A stretch of DNA of 64,000 bases from an uncultured Bacteroidota bacterium (GCA_963700635.1 CAVOYH010000003.1:1536001-1600000), one strand, 5' to 3'. Positions 23,039 through 32,011 are shown, counted from the stretch's first letter. Translations and numbers: made by a program. Notes: generated from the sequence alone by a model not told the origin.

Positions 23039-25165
23039 TTATCCTCCTCCCCAGCCCATGAATGTCCCGGCCTGGTAGGCGACGAGCGTCATTCCGTAGG
23101 CCAGCGCCGTCATGTACGCGATCTGGAAGGCCGGCCATTTCCAGCTGTTTGTTTCCCGGCGGACGACAGCCACGGTGGACAGGCACTGCATGGCGAGGAC
23201 ATAGTAGATCATCAGACAGACCGCGGTGAGCGGTGTGAACACCGCTGCGCCGGTGTCGGGATTACGGTCGTTCCTCATCGCCTCCCGCAACGAAACGGTG
23301 CCGCGGTCATCGTCGCCGTGCTGGAGGTTGTAGATCGTTGCCATGGAGCTGATAAACGCTTCGCGCTGAAGGAGGGAAGAAATCAGGCCGATGCCGATTT
23401 TCCAGTCGAACCCCAGCGGGCGCAGTACCGGTTCGAGGGTTTTGCCTGCCCGGCCGGCAAAACTGTGCTCGAGTTGTGCTGCGGGAGTCGAATCCGCTTC
23501 CAGTTTCGGATAGGTTGCCAGTGCCCAGAGCAGGATGGAGACACCCAGGATGATTGTTCCGGCCGTCTTGAGAAACGCACGGGAACGTTCCCAAGTCTGT
23601 GACAACACCGTCGGGAGCGATGGCATTTTGTAGGGTGGCAGTTCCATGATGAACAGCGGGGATGCGCCGCGGAGCAGGGTCTTCTTGAACATCCATGCGA
23701 CGGCGAGGGCCATGATCGTGCCGAAGAGGTAGAGTGACATGAGCGTCAGGCCCTGCAGGGAGAGAATGCCGAGCACGGTGACGCCGGGGATGAAGGCGGC
23801 GATGAGCAATGAGTAGACCGGCAAGCGGGCGCTGCAGCTCATCAGAGGGGCAACCATGATGGTTGCAAGCCGGTCTTTTGGGTTCTCGATCGTACGCGTC
23901 GCCATGATGCCGGGGATCGCGCACGCAAATGAACCGAGCAGCGGGATGAAGGATTTGCCGTGCAGGCCCACCTTGCCCATCAGCTTGTCCATGATGAATG
24001 CCGCCCGTGCCATGTATCCGCTGTCTTCGAGCAAACCGAGGAACAGAAAGAGGAATACAATCTGGGGGAGAAAGGTCACGACGCCGGCGACACCCGCAAG
24101 CGCGCCGTTCACAATCAGATCACGCAGATCGCCCGGGGGCATGGCCACGGTCAGTTCATGGCCAAGCCAGTCAAATCCAGCGGCGATCCACTCCATCGGA
24201 TACGTGGCCCAGCTGAAGATGCTCTGAAAGATCAGCCCCATCACCAGGAGAAAGATGAGAAACCCCCAGAACCGATGTGTGACGATCCTGTCGATGCGGT
24301 CTGTGATCGTGGGCGTTCCGCGTTCCGGCGTGTGAACTGATTCGGCGATGATCGAGCGGATCCAGGCATAGCGCGACTCAACGAGCACCGTCTGGCCGTC
24401 GATACCAAGAAAGTCGAGTTTCTCGACCTGCCTGCCTGCCTGTTCCAGGAATGAAGGATCGTACGTGTTCGTCCGGGCAGAGAGAGCTTCCGGCGATGTC
24501 AGGAGCACAAGAGCTTCGTGAGTCGCGGCGGGGAGAGAGAGATGGTAGGATGTGATGAGCCGTTCCTGGAGGTCCCGCCTTTCCCGTTCGAATACGGCAG
24601 GAAGAGACCCTTCGAGGGGCCGACTCCCGGTCGGAAGGTCCGCCTCCATTGCTGCGCGGAGATCATCGAGACCCTGGCCGCGGTGCGCGACGACAGGGAT
24701 CACGGGACAGCCCAGCAGGGCGGAAAATTTCGTTTTCTCGATGCGAATCCCCGCCTGTGTCGCGAGGTCCATCATCGTCAATGCCACCACGAGGGGAAGC
24801 TGGCGGTCGAGAAGCTGCGCCACAAGGTACAGATTTCGCTCGAGGTTTGTCGCATCGACCACGCATACTACCAGGTCGGGAGGCGGGGTGTGATCTGTTC
24901 GCCCGAGGAGGATATCAGTTGCGAGGAGCTCATCCGGGGAGGCGGCATGCATACTGTAGGTCCCGGGGAGGTCGATCAGCGTCGCATCCAACCCTCCCTG
25001 CAGCGTGATCTTTCCCTCTTTCTTCTCGACGGTGACCCCGGGGAAATTGCCAACCTTCTGCCGAAGTCCCGTGAGCGCGTTGAAGAGGGTCGTCTTGCCC
25101 GAATTTGGGTTCCCGACAAACGCGATGGTCTTCGTTCTGGTGGCGTGACGCCGGCCGTCTCTCAT
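23039..25165 (-). CDS. feoB: Ferrous iron transporter FeoB
   Basis: GNPNSGKTTLFNALTG, GNFPGVTVE, DLPG, LEDSGYMARAAF, MSCSARLPVY, QCLST. Confidence 0.97.
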   Translation of the reverse strand: MRDGRRHATRTKTIAFVGNPNSGKTTLFNALTGLRQKVGNFPGVTVEKKEGKITLQGGLDATLIDLPGTYSMHAASPDELLATDILLGRTDHTPPPDLVVCVVDATNLERNLYLVAQLLDRQLPLVVALTMMDLATQAGIRIEKTKFSALLGCPVIPVVAHRGQGLDDLRAAMEADLPTGSRPLEGSLPAVFERERRDLQERLITSYHLSLPAATHEALVLLTSPEALSARTNTYDPSFLEQAGRQVEKLDFLGIDGQTVLVESRYAWIRSIIAESVHTPERGTPTITDRIDRIVTHRFWGFLIFLLVMGLIFQSIFSWATYPMEWIAAGFDWLGHELTVAMPPGDLRDLIVNGALAGVAGVVTFLPQIVFLFLFLGLLEDSGYMARAAFIMDKLMGKVGLHGKSFIPLLGSFACAIPGIMATRTIENPKDRLATIMVAPLMSCSARLPVYSLLIAAFIPGVTVLGILSLQGLTLMSLYLFGTIMALAVAWMFKKTLLRGASPLFIMELPPYKMPSLPTVLSQTWERSRAFLKTAGTIILGVSILLWALATYPKLEADSTPAAQLEHSFAGRAGKTLEPVLRPLGFDWKIGIGLISSLLQREAFISSMATIYNLQHGDDDRGTVSLREAMRNDRNPDTGAAVFTPLTAVCLMIYYVLAMQCLSTVAVVRRETNSWKWPAFQIAYMTALAYGMTLVAYQAGTFMGWGGG

Positions 25166-25413
25166 AGGATCGGTTCTCTGAGAATATAGATGCCGCACGC
25201 TTCACTGTTGCGGAGCATGAGGTGATACCCTTTGAAATGGATCTGAATCGGGTCGCCAAGGGGTGCGCGTCTGACCAGACGGATTCGGGTCCCCTGGAGG
25301 AGTCCCATCTCGTGCAGCCGCTGGCGTGTGAGACCGTGGATCCCCTCAAATCCCGAAATGATTCCCGATTCTCCTGGAGAGAGCAAAGTCAGTGCAATTG
25401 CGTTGTTTGGCAT
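25162..25413 (-). CDS. feoA: Ferrous iron transport protein FeoA
   Basis: RLHEMGLLQG...RAPLGDP...LRNSEA. Confidence 0.93.
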   Translation of the reverse strand: MPNNAIALTLLSPGESGIISGFEGIHGLTRQRLHEMGLLQGTRIRLVRRAPLGDPIQIHFKGYHLMLRNSEACGIYILREPIL

Positions 25414-25425
25414 ACGGAGCTGTTC

Positions 25426-25872
25426 CTACCCTTTCCGTTTCTTACATTTTGCGCAGGTTCCGAAGATCTGCAGGCTCGAGCTCTGCGGGAGGAAGTTTTT
25501 CTCGTCACAGACTTCTTCCTGGATCCTGTTGAGGCGTTCATTCACAAATTCGATCAGGTCACCGCACTCCAGGCATATCAGGTGGTGGTGGTCCGGCCTG
25601 CCAAATGCTTTTTCGTAGCGTGAGCTGTTTTCCGCGAAACGGTATTTTGAAACCAGCCCGCAGTCCTGCAGTAGGTCCAGTGTGTTGTAGACAGTGGCCC
25701 TTGAGATCTTGGTGCCGGTGGAGATCATTCGGTAGTAGAGGCCTTCGGCATCGAAGTGTCCCTGGCTTTGCAGGACCGCATCAAGCACGGCGGCACGTGC
25801 GGGAGTCGACCTGAGATTTCCCTGCGCCTTGAGGTACTTCTGCAGCGCGTTGTGGGCGTGTTCAGCATTCAT
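25426..25872 (-). CDS. fur: Fur-family transcriptional regulator
   Basis: SRATVYNTLDLL, HHHLICLECG, CAKC; first gene of the feoAB operon. Confidence 0.92.
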   Translation of the reverse strand: MNAEHAHNALQKYLKAQGNLRSTPARAAVLDAVLQSQGHFDAEGLYYRMISTGTKISRATVYNTLDLLQDCGLVSKYRFAENSSRYEKAFGRPDHHHLICLECGDLIEFVNERLNRIQEEVCDEKNFLPQSSSLQIFGTCAKCKKRKG

Positions 25873-25882
25873 GGATAGAGCC

Positions 25883-25933
25883 TTATTTAGAATTAGTCCA
25901 AATAAAAATAAGGAATTTCCGCTCCTCTGTCAA
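25883..25933 (-). promoter_or_regulatory. fur-feoAB promoter with overlapping palindromic operator (candidate Fur box)
   Basis: Minus-strand TTGACA-N17-TATTTT (25933-25905) and imperfect palindrome TTATTTAGAATTAGTCCAAATAA (25883-25905). Confidence 0.7.
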
Positions 25934-26017
25934 GCAAAAAAAAGCTTGCGTTTTTGATTCAGATTCGACTACTTGTTCGAAAGTGAAGTTATCCCTGTAT
26001 TCTCATCTGTTAATTGA

Positions 26018-27124
26018 ATGAAAGCTCATAAGGGCCGATTTCTGAAAGGGAAGGCCATTAACACCAGGCCCATTCCCGCGAATATCTCAGTTGTCCCCCT
26101 CGTTGAACGCTATTTTCAGGCATATAATGCGGGCCGGCTGAGTGAAGCGTGTCAGCTGTTCAGCACGGAAATGCTGGCAAAAGACGTGACAGTCGGGATG
26201 AGCCTGACCGGGGCGTTGACCCCTGCGGGGCTTGGGGGGGGGTGTGTGGTCCCGCTGATCGAGCATGGCTTCGTCGATTGGATTGTGAGCACGGGTGCAA
26301 ATCTTTACCACGACACCCACTTTTCAATCGGGCACACATTGCACAAAGGCACGCCGTTTCAGGATGACAGGCTGCTCAGGAAAGAAGGGGTCATCCGGAT
26401 TTATGATATTCTGTTTGATTACGAGGTTTTGCTGAGCACGGATGAGTTTTTCCGCACGGTCCTCCGGAATCCAGGATTCCAGCGGGAGATGGGAACATCC
26501 GAACTGCACTATGAGCTTGGGCGGTATGTCGCCGAGCGCGAGAAGGCCCTTCGGAGCCCGCACACGAGCATTCTGGCCGCTGCCTACCGGTGCGGGGTTC
26601 CTGTGTACACGTCATCGCCGGGGGACAGTTCAATAGGGATGAATATTGCAGAAACGGCGCTATCAGGGTTCGGCCTGCGGATTGACGTGCTCAGGGACGT
26701 GAACGAGACAGCGGCGCTCGTGCTACGGGCCAAGCGTGGGGGAGGGAGGAGCGGGGTGGTTATTTTCGGAGGAGGGTCTCCCAAGAACTTCATCCTGCAG
26801 ACGGAGCCGCAGATTCAGGAAGTTTTGAAGATCCGGGAGAAGGGGCACGACTTCTTCCTTCAGGTCACGGATGCCCGACCGGATACGGGTGGAGTATCCG
26901 GAGCGACCCCTGCCGAGGCGGTCAGCTGGGGGAAAGTCGATCCTGACCAACTCCCGAACACGGTTGTCGTGTATCTCGATACCACGGTTGCGATGCCAAT
27001 TCTTACCTCATACGCTCTCGCGCGCCGGAAGCCTCGCCGTCTGAAGCGGCTGTACGATCGCCGTGAAGAGGCGATGGCCCTCCTGCGCCGCGAATACGCA
27101 CGGGCGCTCAGAAACACTAGATAA
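26018..27124 (+). CDS. Deoxyhypusine synthase-like protein (probable homospermidine synthase, SpeY type)
   Basis: [48 protein letters not shown]. Confidence 0.88.
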   Translation: MKAHKGRFLKGKAINTRPIPANISVVPLVERYFQAYNAGRLSEACQLFSTEMLAKDVTVGMSLTGALTPAGLGGGCVVPLIEHGFVDWIVSTGANLYHDTHFSIGHTLHKGTPFQDDRLLRKEGVIRIYDILFDYEVLLSTDEFFRTVLRNPGFQREMGTSELHYELGRYVAEREKALRSPHTSILAAAYRCGVPVYTSSPGDSSIGMNIAETALSGFGLRIDVLRDVNETAALVLRAKRGGGRSGVVIFGGGSPKNFILQTEPQIQEVLKIREKGHDFFLQVTDARPDTGGVSGATPAEAVSWGKVDPDQLPNTVVVYLDTTVAMPILTSYALARRKPRRLKRLYDRREEAMALLRREYARALRNTR

Positions 27125-27156
27125 CTATTACACTCAGTTCGCAAGGAGGGAAATCA

Positions 27157-27378
27157 ATGGACAGATTACAGGAGCTCAAGGACCTTGTGGCCTCGTTCGA
27201 AAAGGACTTCTCCAAGTTCTACGACAAGGGGAACAAGTCGGCGGGAACGCGGGTCCGTAAGCACATGAATGAGTTGAAACGCAAGGCGCAGGAAATCCGC
27301 AAAGAGGTCCAGGAGCGGAAAGCGGATGCGAAAGACACAGGTGATGGAGATTCCGGAGGGATGATGCCGCAGATGTAG
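27157..27378 (+). CDS. Histone H1-like (Hc1-family) small protein
   Basis: KFYDKGNKSAGTRVRK motif; AAGGAGG RBS. Confidence 0.85.
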   Translation: MDRLQELKDLVASFEKDFSKFYDKGNKSAGTRVRKHMNELKRKAQEIRKEVQERKADAKDTGDGDSGGMMPQM

Positions 27379-27462
27379 GAGGCGCGGCGTACAAAGGAAT
27401 CGGCCTGTTCCCCAGCCGGTCGAGGTGGGATGACGGGCGGGGGACAGGCCGATCTCGTGTGG

Positions 27463-27496
27463 AACAGCCCACGGTGTTGTGGGCTGTTGTGTTTTT
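27463..27496. terminator. Hairpin terminator between convergent Hc1-like gene and rpsU
   Basis: AACAGCCCAC / GTGGGCTGTT stem followed by a T-rich tract. Confidence 0.6.
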
Positions 27497-27690
27497 CAGG
27501 CCTGTTCGGCCATGTTGCGCAGGGCGCGACGTACAGCTTTCAGGCGTTTCATCCGCTTCTTTACCGATGGCTTGGTAAAGTACGCACGTTTCTTGAACTC
27601 CTTGAGCACGCCCGAACGCTCATACTTCTTCTTGAAGCGTTTAATGGCACGATCGATGGGTTCATTTTCAGAGACCACGATGCCGACCAA
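27496..27690 (-). CDS. rpsU: 30S ribosomal protein S21
   Basis: [14 protein letters not shown]...[20 protein letters not shown]; TTG start with GGAGG RBS. Confidence 0.95.
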   Translation of the reverse strand: MVGIVVSENEPIDRAIKRFKKKYERSGVLKEFKKRAYFTKPSVKKRMKRLKAVRRALRNMAEQA

Positions 27691-27710
27691 CCGTGTTCAC
27701 CTCCCTTCGG

Positions 27711-28103
27711 TCATTCAAGATTGTCCGGACCATCCACGACACTTTCCAGGAGCCTGCGTTCGCCGAGCTTCTCGAACGATACGACGATTGCATTGCCCCC
27801 GCCGGAAGTGCGCTCTTTGGAGATGATCTTGCCGACGTCACCCCAGTCCGAATGAAAAATTGCCTCGCCGACCCGATAGGTTTGTTCGGGGTGATACTCC
27901 GCGGCTTCCGTCCGGTCGAGTTTCTTCTTTGCCGCCTCTTCAACGGCGCGAAGTTCCTCGATGTTGATCAGCGACGCATGCCGGCACCGTGTGCACCGGT
28001 ACCATGACCGGTCGGGCATCTGATCCGTGGTCCCGATGAGTTCCATCTTGGCCATCCGGTCGCAATGCGCGCAGTGCTGCAGGATATGTTTGCCTTTTGC
28101 CAT
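27711..28103 (-). CDS. Hypothetical protein with Zn-ribbon (CxxC...CxxC) and Tudor/SH3-like C-terminal domain
   Basis: CAHC...CTRC, then YRVGEAIFHSDWGDVGKII...IVVSF; AGGAGG RBS. Confidence 0.8.
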   Translation of the reverse strand: MAKGKHILQHCAHCDRMAKMELIGTTDQMPDRSWYRCTRCRHASLINIEELRAVEEAAKKKLDRTEAAEYHPEQTYRVGEAIFHSDWGDVGKIISKERTSGGGNAIVVSFEKLGERRLLESVVDGPDNLE

Positions 28104-28198
28104 GTGAGCCTCCTGCGGAACAGGTTGCAGAACGTGCCCCGGCGAGTAAACGCTGATGTCCCAGAACCTCGGGCGGGTCGAGCAGAGGGTTGCATTTC

Positions 28199-28227
28199 AA
28201 GGTACATATTTCCGCCGACGATGTCAA
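28199..28227 (-). promoter_or_regulatory. sigma70-type promoter for Zn-ribbon gene-rpsU
   Basis: Minus-strand TTGACA-N17-TACCTT. Confidence 0.65.
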
Positions 28228-28265
28228 ATCGTCTGAGGCCTGCGGCAGTGGTGCAGGCGGTGCGA

Positions 28266-28457
28266 TCAGGCCTGTGGCTGCTGGATGCTTCTGTGCGTCT
28301 GGGGGAGGAAGGCGGCGTGGACTGCCAGTTCCAGTTCGTTAAAGGATGAAAAGGGGAGGCCCTGGATGATCTGCCAGACGGTTTCGATGCGCAGGTTCAG
28401 GGCGCGGGCGATATAGACCGCCTCTGCATGGGTAGCGAGTCGGGTAGGTATGGCCAT
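28266..28457 (-). CDS. Small hypothetical protein (paralog of 28491-28670)
   Basis: GGAG RBS; shares ATHAxAxxIARxxNxxxExVWxIIxG...EL..AV with its neighbour. Confidence 0.7.
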   Translation of the reverse strand: MAIPTRLATHAEAVYIARALNLRIETVWQIIQGLPFSSFNELELAVHAAFLPQTHRSIQQPQA

Positions 28458-28490
28458 GTTCGATCTCCGTTATTGAATTGCCCGGTCTCT

Positions 28491-28670
28491 TTACTGGTCC
28501 GACGATGTGAACCGTTCCAGTGGCAGCGGTTTGAGGCAGATCAGGACGGCCATCACCAGCTCGGAATAGGACGCATAGTTCATCCCTCCGATGATGTCCC
28601 ACACAATCTCCACCTTCATATTCATCGAACGGGCGATTAAAATGGCGTCCGCGTGGGTTGCCTTTTTCAT
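28491..28670 (-). CDS. Small hypothetical protein (paralog of 28266-28457)
   Basis: MKKATHADAILIARSMNMKVEIVWDIIGG...; AGGGAG RBS. Confidence 0.7.
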   Translation of the reverse strand: MKKATHADAILIARSMNMKVEIVWDIIGGMNYASYSELVMAVLICLKPLPLERFTSSDQ

Positions 28671-28893
28671 GGCGATTCTCCCTGAAGAAGATGTCGACAG
28701 CAAATGCGGGTAGGGACCCGCCGTGATGTACTTCTGGTGTGTGCTGGGAATATACATCCCCCGCACAGACTGTGCTGTGCCGTGGCGCATGAACAGACAT
28801 GGCCACCAAGGGGGGGCGTGCGAAGAGACAGTAACTGTACTCAAAGTCCAGGCTAGCAGCCCCCGCACGCGTGCACATGCCGGTCGCTCCCTC

Positions 28894-28922
28894 TTGCCGC
28901 GAAGCCCGGCGTTTTGTATATT
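28894..28922 (+). promoter_or_regulatory. sigma70-type promoter of tRNA (possibly read through into the response regulator)
   Basis: TTGCCG-N17-TATATT. Confidence 0.6.
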
Positions 28923-28963
28923 CTACAGAGCAGCGTCCGCGCCGCCCTTTCCAGCATTCCGAG

Positions 28964-29037
28964 GGGCCCTTAGCTCAGTTGGTTAGAGCAGCAGACTCAT
29001 AATCTGCGAGTCGTAGGTTCGAGTCCTACAGGGCCCA
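28964..29037 (+). tRNA. tRNA with CAT anticodon, most likely tRNA-Ile2 (lysidine); CCA not encoded
   Basis: GGGCCCT/AGGGCCC acceptor stem, TAGCTCAGTTGGTTAGAGC D-arm, GCAGA-CTCATAA-TCTGC anticodon arm, GGTTCGAGTCC T-arm. Resembles ileX-type rather than initiator tRNA. Confidence 0.93.
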
Positions 29038-29085
29038 CGAAGCAGTGCTCAGTTGTGCGATAGTTCCAGAAGAAACAGGCTTGGT

Positions 29086-29466
29086 ATGAAAATCCTTCTC
29101 GTCGACGATGAACGGGGGTTCCTTGATGTTATGGGAGACCTCCTGCGCGTCCACGGTTACGACGTGGTCATTGCCGAAAACGGCAAGCAGGCGCGGGAAA
29201 CCCTCGAATTTGACAGGATAGACCTTATTATCTCCGATGTCTTCATGCCGACGCTGGATGGCGTCCGGTTCCATGACTATGTGCGCGAATTCACCGACGC
29301 GCAGGAAATCCCTTTCATTTTCATGTCCGGCTACGATGACGAGCATACAAGCAATCTCGTGGTCGACCCCGAGATCGATTTCTTTTTCAGCAAAACCACG
29401 CCCATTGACAAGGTTCTCACTCTGATCGACACCCTCAACAGTAATCAGGAATCACGGAGCGCGTAG
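29086..29466 (+). CDS. Single-domain response regulator (CheY-like)
   Basis: KILLVDDE, LIISDVFMPTLDG, FIFMSGY, FFSK. Confidence 0.9.
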   Translation: MKILLVDDERGFLDVMGDLLRVHGYDVVIAENGKQARETLEFDRIDLIISDVFMPTLDGVRFHDYVREFTDAQEIPFIFMSGYDDEHTSNLVVDPEIDFFFSKTTPIDKVLTLIDTLNSNQESRSA

Positions 29467-29477
29467 CGAAGCCTTCA

Positions 29478-31283
29478 ATGGACTATCCAAACAGCGACTC
29501 GACAACCCAGAACCTCAGACCGGTCCCGGCCGCTCCTCGGCCGCCCATGGCGTCGCTCCTTGAACACCTGGTTAAAAACGGTGTCATCACGAAGCAACAG
29601 GCAATCGGAGCATCCGACTGGAAGCGAAAAAACGACAAAGACAAGCGCGGTTTTCCGGAAATCCTGGAAGAGGTGTTTCAGATTCCCCGTGAAGCTCTGC
29701 GTCAGGCAGTTGCGCAATATTATGCATTCCGGACCATAAGCCTCACAGAGCATCCCATCAGACGCCTTCTCCCTTCGGAGATACAGAAGATCATCAAGGG
29801 TTTTCCCGAACAGTCGCTGCAAAGTCTGCTCCAAATAAAACTGCTGCCGTTCGACCTGGCGGAAAACCAGCCGGACAAGGTGGTGCTTGTGACGCCGAAT
29901 CCGGCGGACCGGGAAATCCACGAACTTGCCCGTCTGTTTCCTTTCAAGCGCTTTGAAATCTGCTACATGAAGGAGAGTGAGTGGAACGACTACTGGGACC
30001 ATCTGCAGTCGGGCAAAGACAAAGTGCCGTCTCATCCGGTTGTGGCGGCGCCGACAGAGACAAGCAACGTTGATCTCGAAGCGACCATCGACAGGGAAAT
30101 TGCCCGGGGGAAAATGCAGGCCCAGCTCGACGGGGTCTTCCTGGATGCCATGCGGAGCAATGCCTCGGAGATCCATATCGTCCCACGGGGTCCACGGAAG
30201 ACCGACATTCTCTTCAGGCTCGACGGACATCTCTCGCTCTGGCATTCGATCGAGGATGTGCGGTGTGAAGCGGTTGTCACTGCCGTGAAAGAGCAATCGG
30301 TGGGTATCGACAGGTACGAACGTCACGCATCGCAGAGAGGTGTGATACAGCGGATCGTGGAGAACACGTCGATCCGGTTTTCGGTCTCTGTCATTCCCAT
30401 TGTTACGCGGGAGCCGTTGTCGCGCTACGAATCTGTTGTGATGCGTGTCTACCGTGATGCGGACGTTGTTCCACGGATAGACAAGCTGGGGCTGGATCCG
30501 TATTCGCTCCAGACCCTTCAGTCGAGACTCGCCGTGTCGCGTGGGCTCATCGTGTTTGCCGGTCTGCTCCGGGGCGGAGTTTCCGCGACGCTGACGGGCG
30601 TCGTTCATGCGATCATGAAAAGCGCGATCAACATTGTGGTCGTGCAGGAACATGTCGAGTACATCATCGATGGCACGCGTCAGGTCAAGGTGAATCCGCG
30701 TCTGACGATGCACGACGCGCTGGACGTGATACTGGACCAGGATCCCGATGTTGTCGTCCTCGGGGATCTCACCGAGCAGTCAGTGGCTACAATAGCGCTC
30801 AAACTGGCGAATACTGGCCATCTTGTTCTTGCGCGCATTTCTGCCCGCAACGCCGCCAACGGACTGGCCCATCTCGTCGAAACAACGGGCTCCGCATTTC
30901 ATGTTTCGGAGTCTGTCTCAGCCGTTATTGCACAGCATCCGATACGGACGATTTGTGAGCGGTGCAGAAAGCCGATGCCTGATGGGGCAAGCCGGCTGCA
31001 GGCGTTGAACATCGAGCACACTACGGAGAATCTCGCTCTCCACAGGCCAGTCGGATGCATCAACTGCCACCAGGGATACGTTGGAAGACGGGTACTTTAC
31101 GAAGCACTCAACATGAGCCCTGCGGTGCGGTCGGTTCTGCTCAGCCAGCAGAAGCGGGTCGACCAGGAGGCGCTGGAAGCGGCGGCGGTCGCGGACGGTA
31201 TGGTACCGATGCGCAGCCAGGCTATTGAGCGTCTTCTCCGTGGTGGAACAAGCATCGAGGAAATGCTCCAGTTTTTGCGCTGA
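29478..31283 (+). CDS. PilB/GspE-like protein with degenerate ATPase motifs (pseudo-ATPase)
   Basis: ASEIHIVP, FRLDG, QDPDVVVLGD and CERC...CINC are present, but Walker A reads AGLLRGGVSATL. Confidence 0.85.
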   Translation: MDYPNSDSTTQNLRPVPAAPRPPMASLLEHLVKNGVITKQQAIGASDWKRKNDKDKRGFPEILEEVFQIPREALRQAVAQYYAFRTISLTEHPIRRLLPSEIQKIIKGFPEQSLQSLLQIKLLPFDLAENQPDKVVLVTPNPADREIHELARLFPFKRFEICYMKESEWNDYWDHLQSGKDKVPSHPVVAAPTETSNVDLEATIDREIARGKMQAQLDGVFLDAMRSNASEIHIVPRGPRKTDILFRLDGHLSLWHSIEDVRCEAVVTAVKEQSVGIDRYERHASQRGVIQRIVENTSIRFSVSVIPIVTREPLSRYESVVMRVYRDADVVPRIDKLGLDPYSLQTLQSRLAVSRGLIVFAGLLRGGVSATLTGVVHAIMKSAINIVVVQEHVEYIIDGTRQVKVNPRLTMHDALDVILDQDPDVVVLGDLTEQSVATIALKLANTGHLVLARISARNAANGLAHLVETTGSAFHVSESVSAVIAQHPIRTICERCRKPMPDGASRLQALNIEHTTENLALHRPVGCINCHQGYVGRRVLYEALNMSPAVRSVLLSQQKRVDQEALEAAAVADGMVPMRSQAIERLLRGGTSIEEMLQFLR

Positions 31284-31372
31284 CATCAACCTCTTCCACA
31301 TTCCAGATCCCTTCCCGGAGCCCGATCTCCGAGTTCCCCCCATATCGCTCGTCCATACATACAATTTCACAC

Positions 31373-31415
31373 GGTAAGAATTACCTCCGGGGTAACAGAG
31401 TTACACCCTCGTAAC
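31373..31415 (+). promoter_or_regulatory. Candidate upstream activator sites (GTAA/TTAC inverted repeats)
   Basis: GGTAA-gaa-TTACC, GTAAC-aga-GTTAC and GTTAC-N6-GTAAC about 80-120 bp upstream of the predicted sigma54 start. Confidence 0.45.
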
Positions 31416-31468
31416 GCGTCCCGTCTCGATGTGCCCGGAAAAGACAAGATTTCCCCTCCCCACGCTGT

Positions 31469-31484
31469 TGGCATGGTGCTTGCA
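31469..31484 (+). promoter_or_regulatory. sigma54 (-24/-12) promoter of the major pilin
   Basis: TGGCATG-GTGC-TTGCA with exact GG-N10-GC spacing. Confidence 0.8.
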
Positions 31485-31558
31485 CCTCTAGAGCTCAACG
31501 AACGAAGTCGCTTTGCGCTAGTTCAACATCACCACCAACATACATAAAGGAGCTTCAC

Positions 31559-31969
31559 ATGGGACAGCAGCAACTTTTGCTCATCATCCTTGGCGTTATC
31601 GTCGTCGGTATCGCCGTGGCCGTTGGTATCACCATGTTTACGGACAACGCAGTGAGTGCGAACCGTGATGCAGTGACCAACGATCTGGTCAACCTGGCCG
31701 CCCGTGCGCAGCAGTTCTATCGCCGCCCGACCGCTCTTGGTGGTGGTGGCAACTCATTTGTCGGACTGACCGCCGATGCCGCAGGTCTGCGCAAGCTGAC
31801 CAACCGTGGTTCGAACGCCAACGGCGCCTATACGATCACATCGGCCGGTACGGCGACAGGGGTTACGCTTCACGGTGTCGGTACCGAAGTGGCCGATGGT
31901 ACGAACTATGTAACCATGGATATCTTTGTCTCCAATACCAAAGCTGATAGTGTGGTCATTATTCACTGA
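31559..31969 (+). CDS. Probable major type IV pilin-like protein with leaderless MG- N-terminus
   Basis: MGQQQLLLIILGVIVVGIAVAVGITMF hydrophobic helix then an amphipathic helix; AAAGGAG RBS, sigma54 promoter and downstream hairpin; first structural gene of the T4F locus. Confidence 0.8.
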   Translation: MGQQQLLLIILGVIVVGIAVAVGITMFTDNAVSANRDAVTNDLVNLAARAQQFYRRPTALGGGGNSFVGLTADAAGLRKLTNRGSNANGAYTITSAGTATGVTLHGVGTEVADGTNYVTMDIFVSNTKADSVVIIH

Positions 31970-31986
31970 TGCTGTGCACCAATCGT

Positions 31987-32011
31987 GGGGGCCTCCATAC
32001 GGGAGGCCCCC
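31987..32011 (+). terminator. GC-rich hairpin after the major pilin gene (partial terminator or stabiliser)
   Basis: GGGGGCCTCC / GGAGGCCCCC stem with a weak U-tract. Confidence 0.6.

Noticed and set aside
31559-31969. Electrically conductive pilin hypothesis, prompted by the secreted cytochrome
   Set aside because: Only about 7 Phe/Tyr in 136 aa with long aromatic-free gaps, and the cytochrome gene is 27 kb away with its own export signal.
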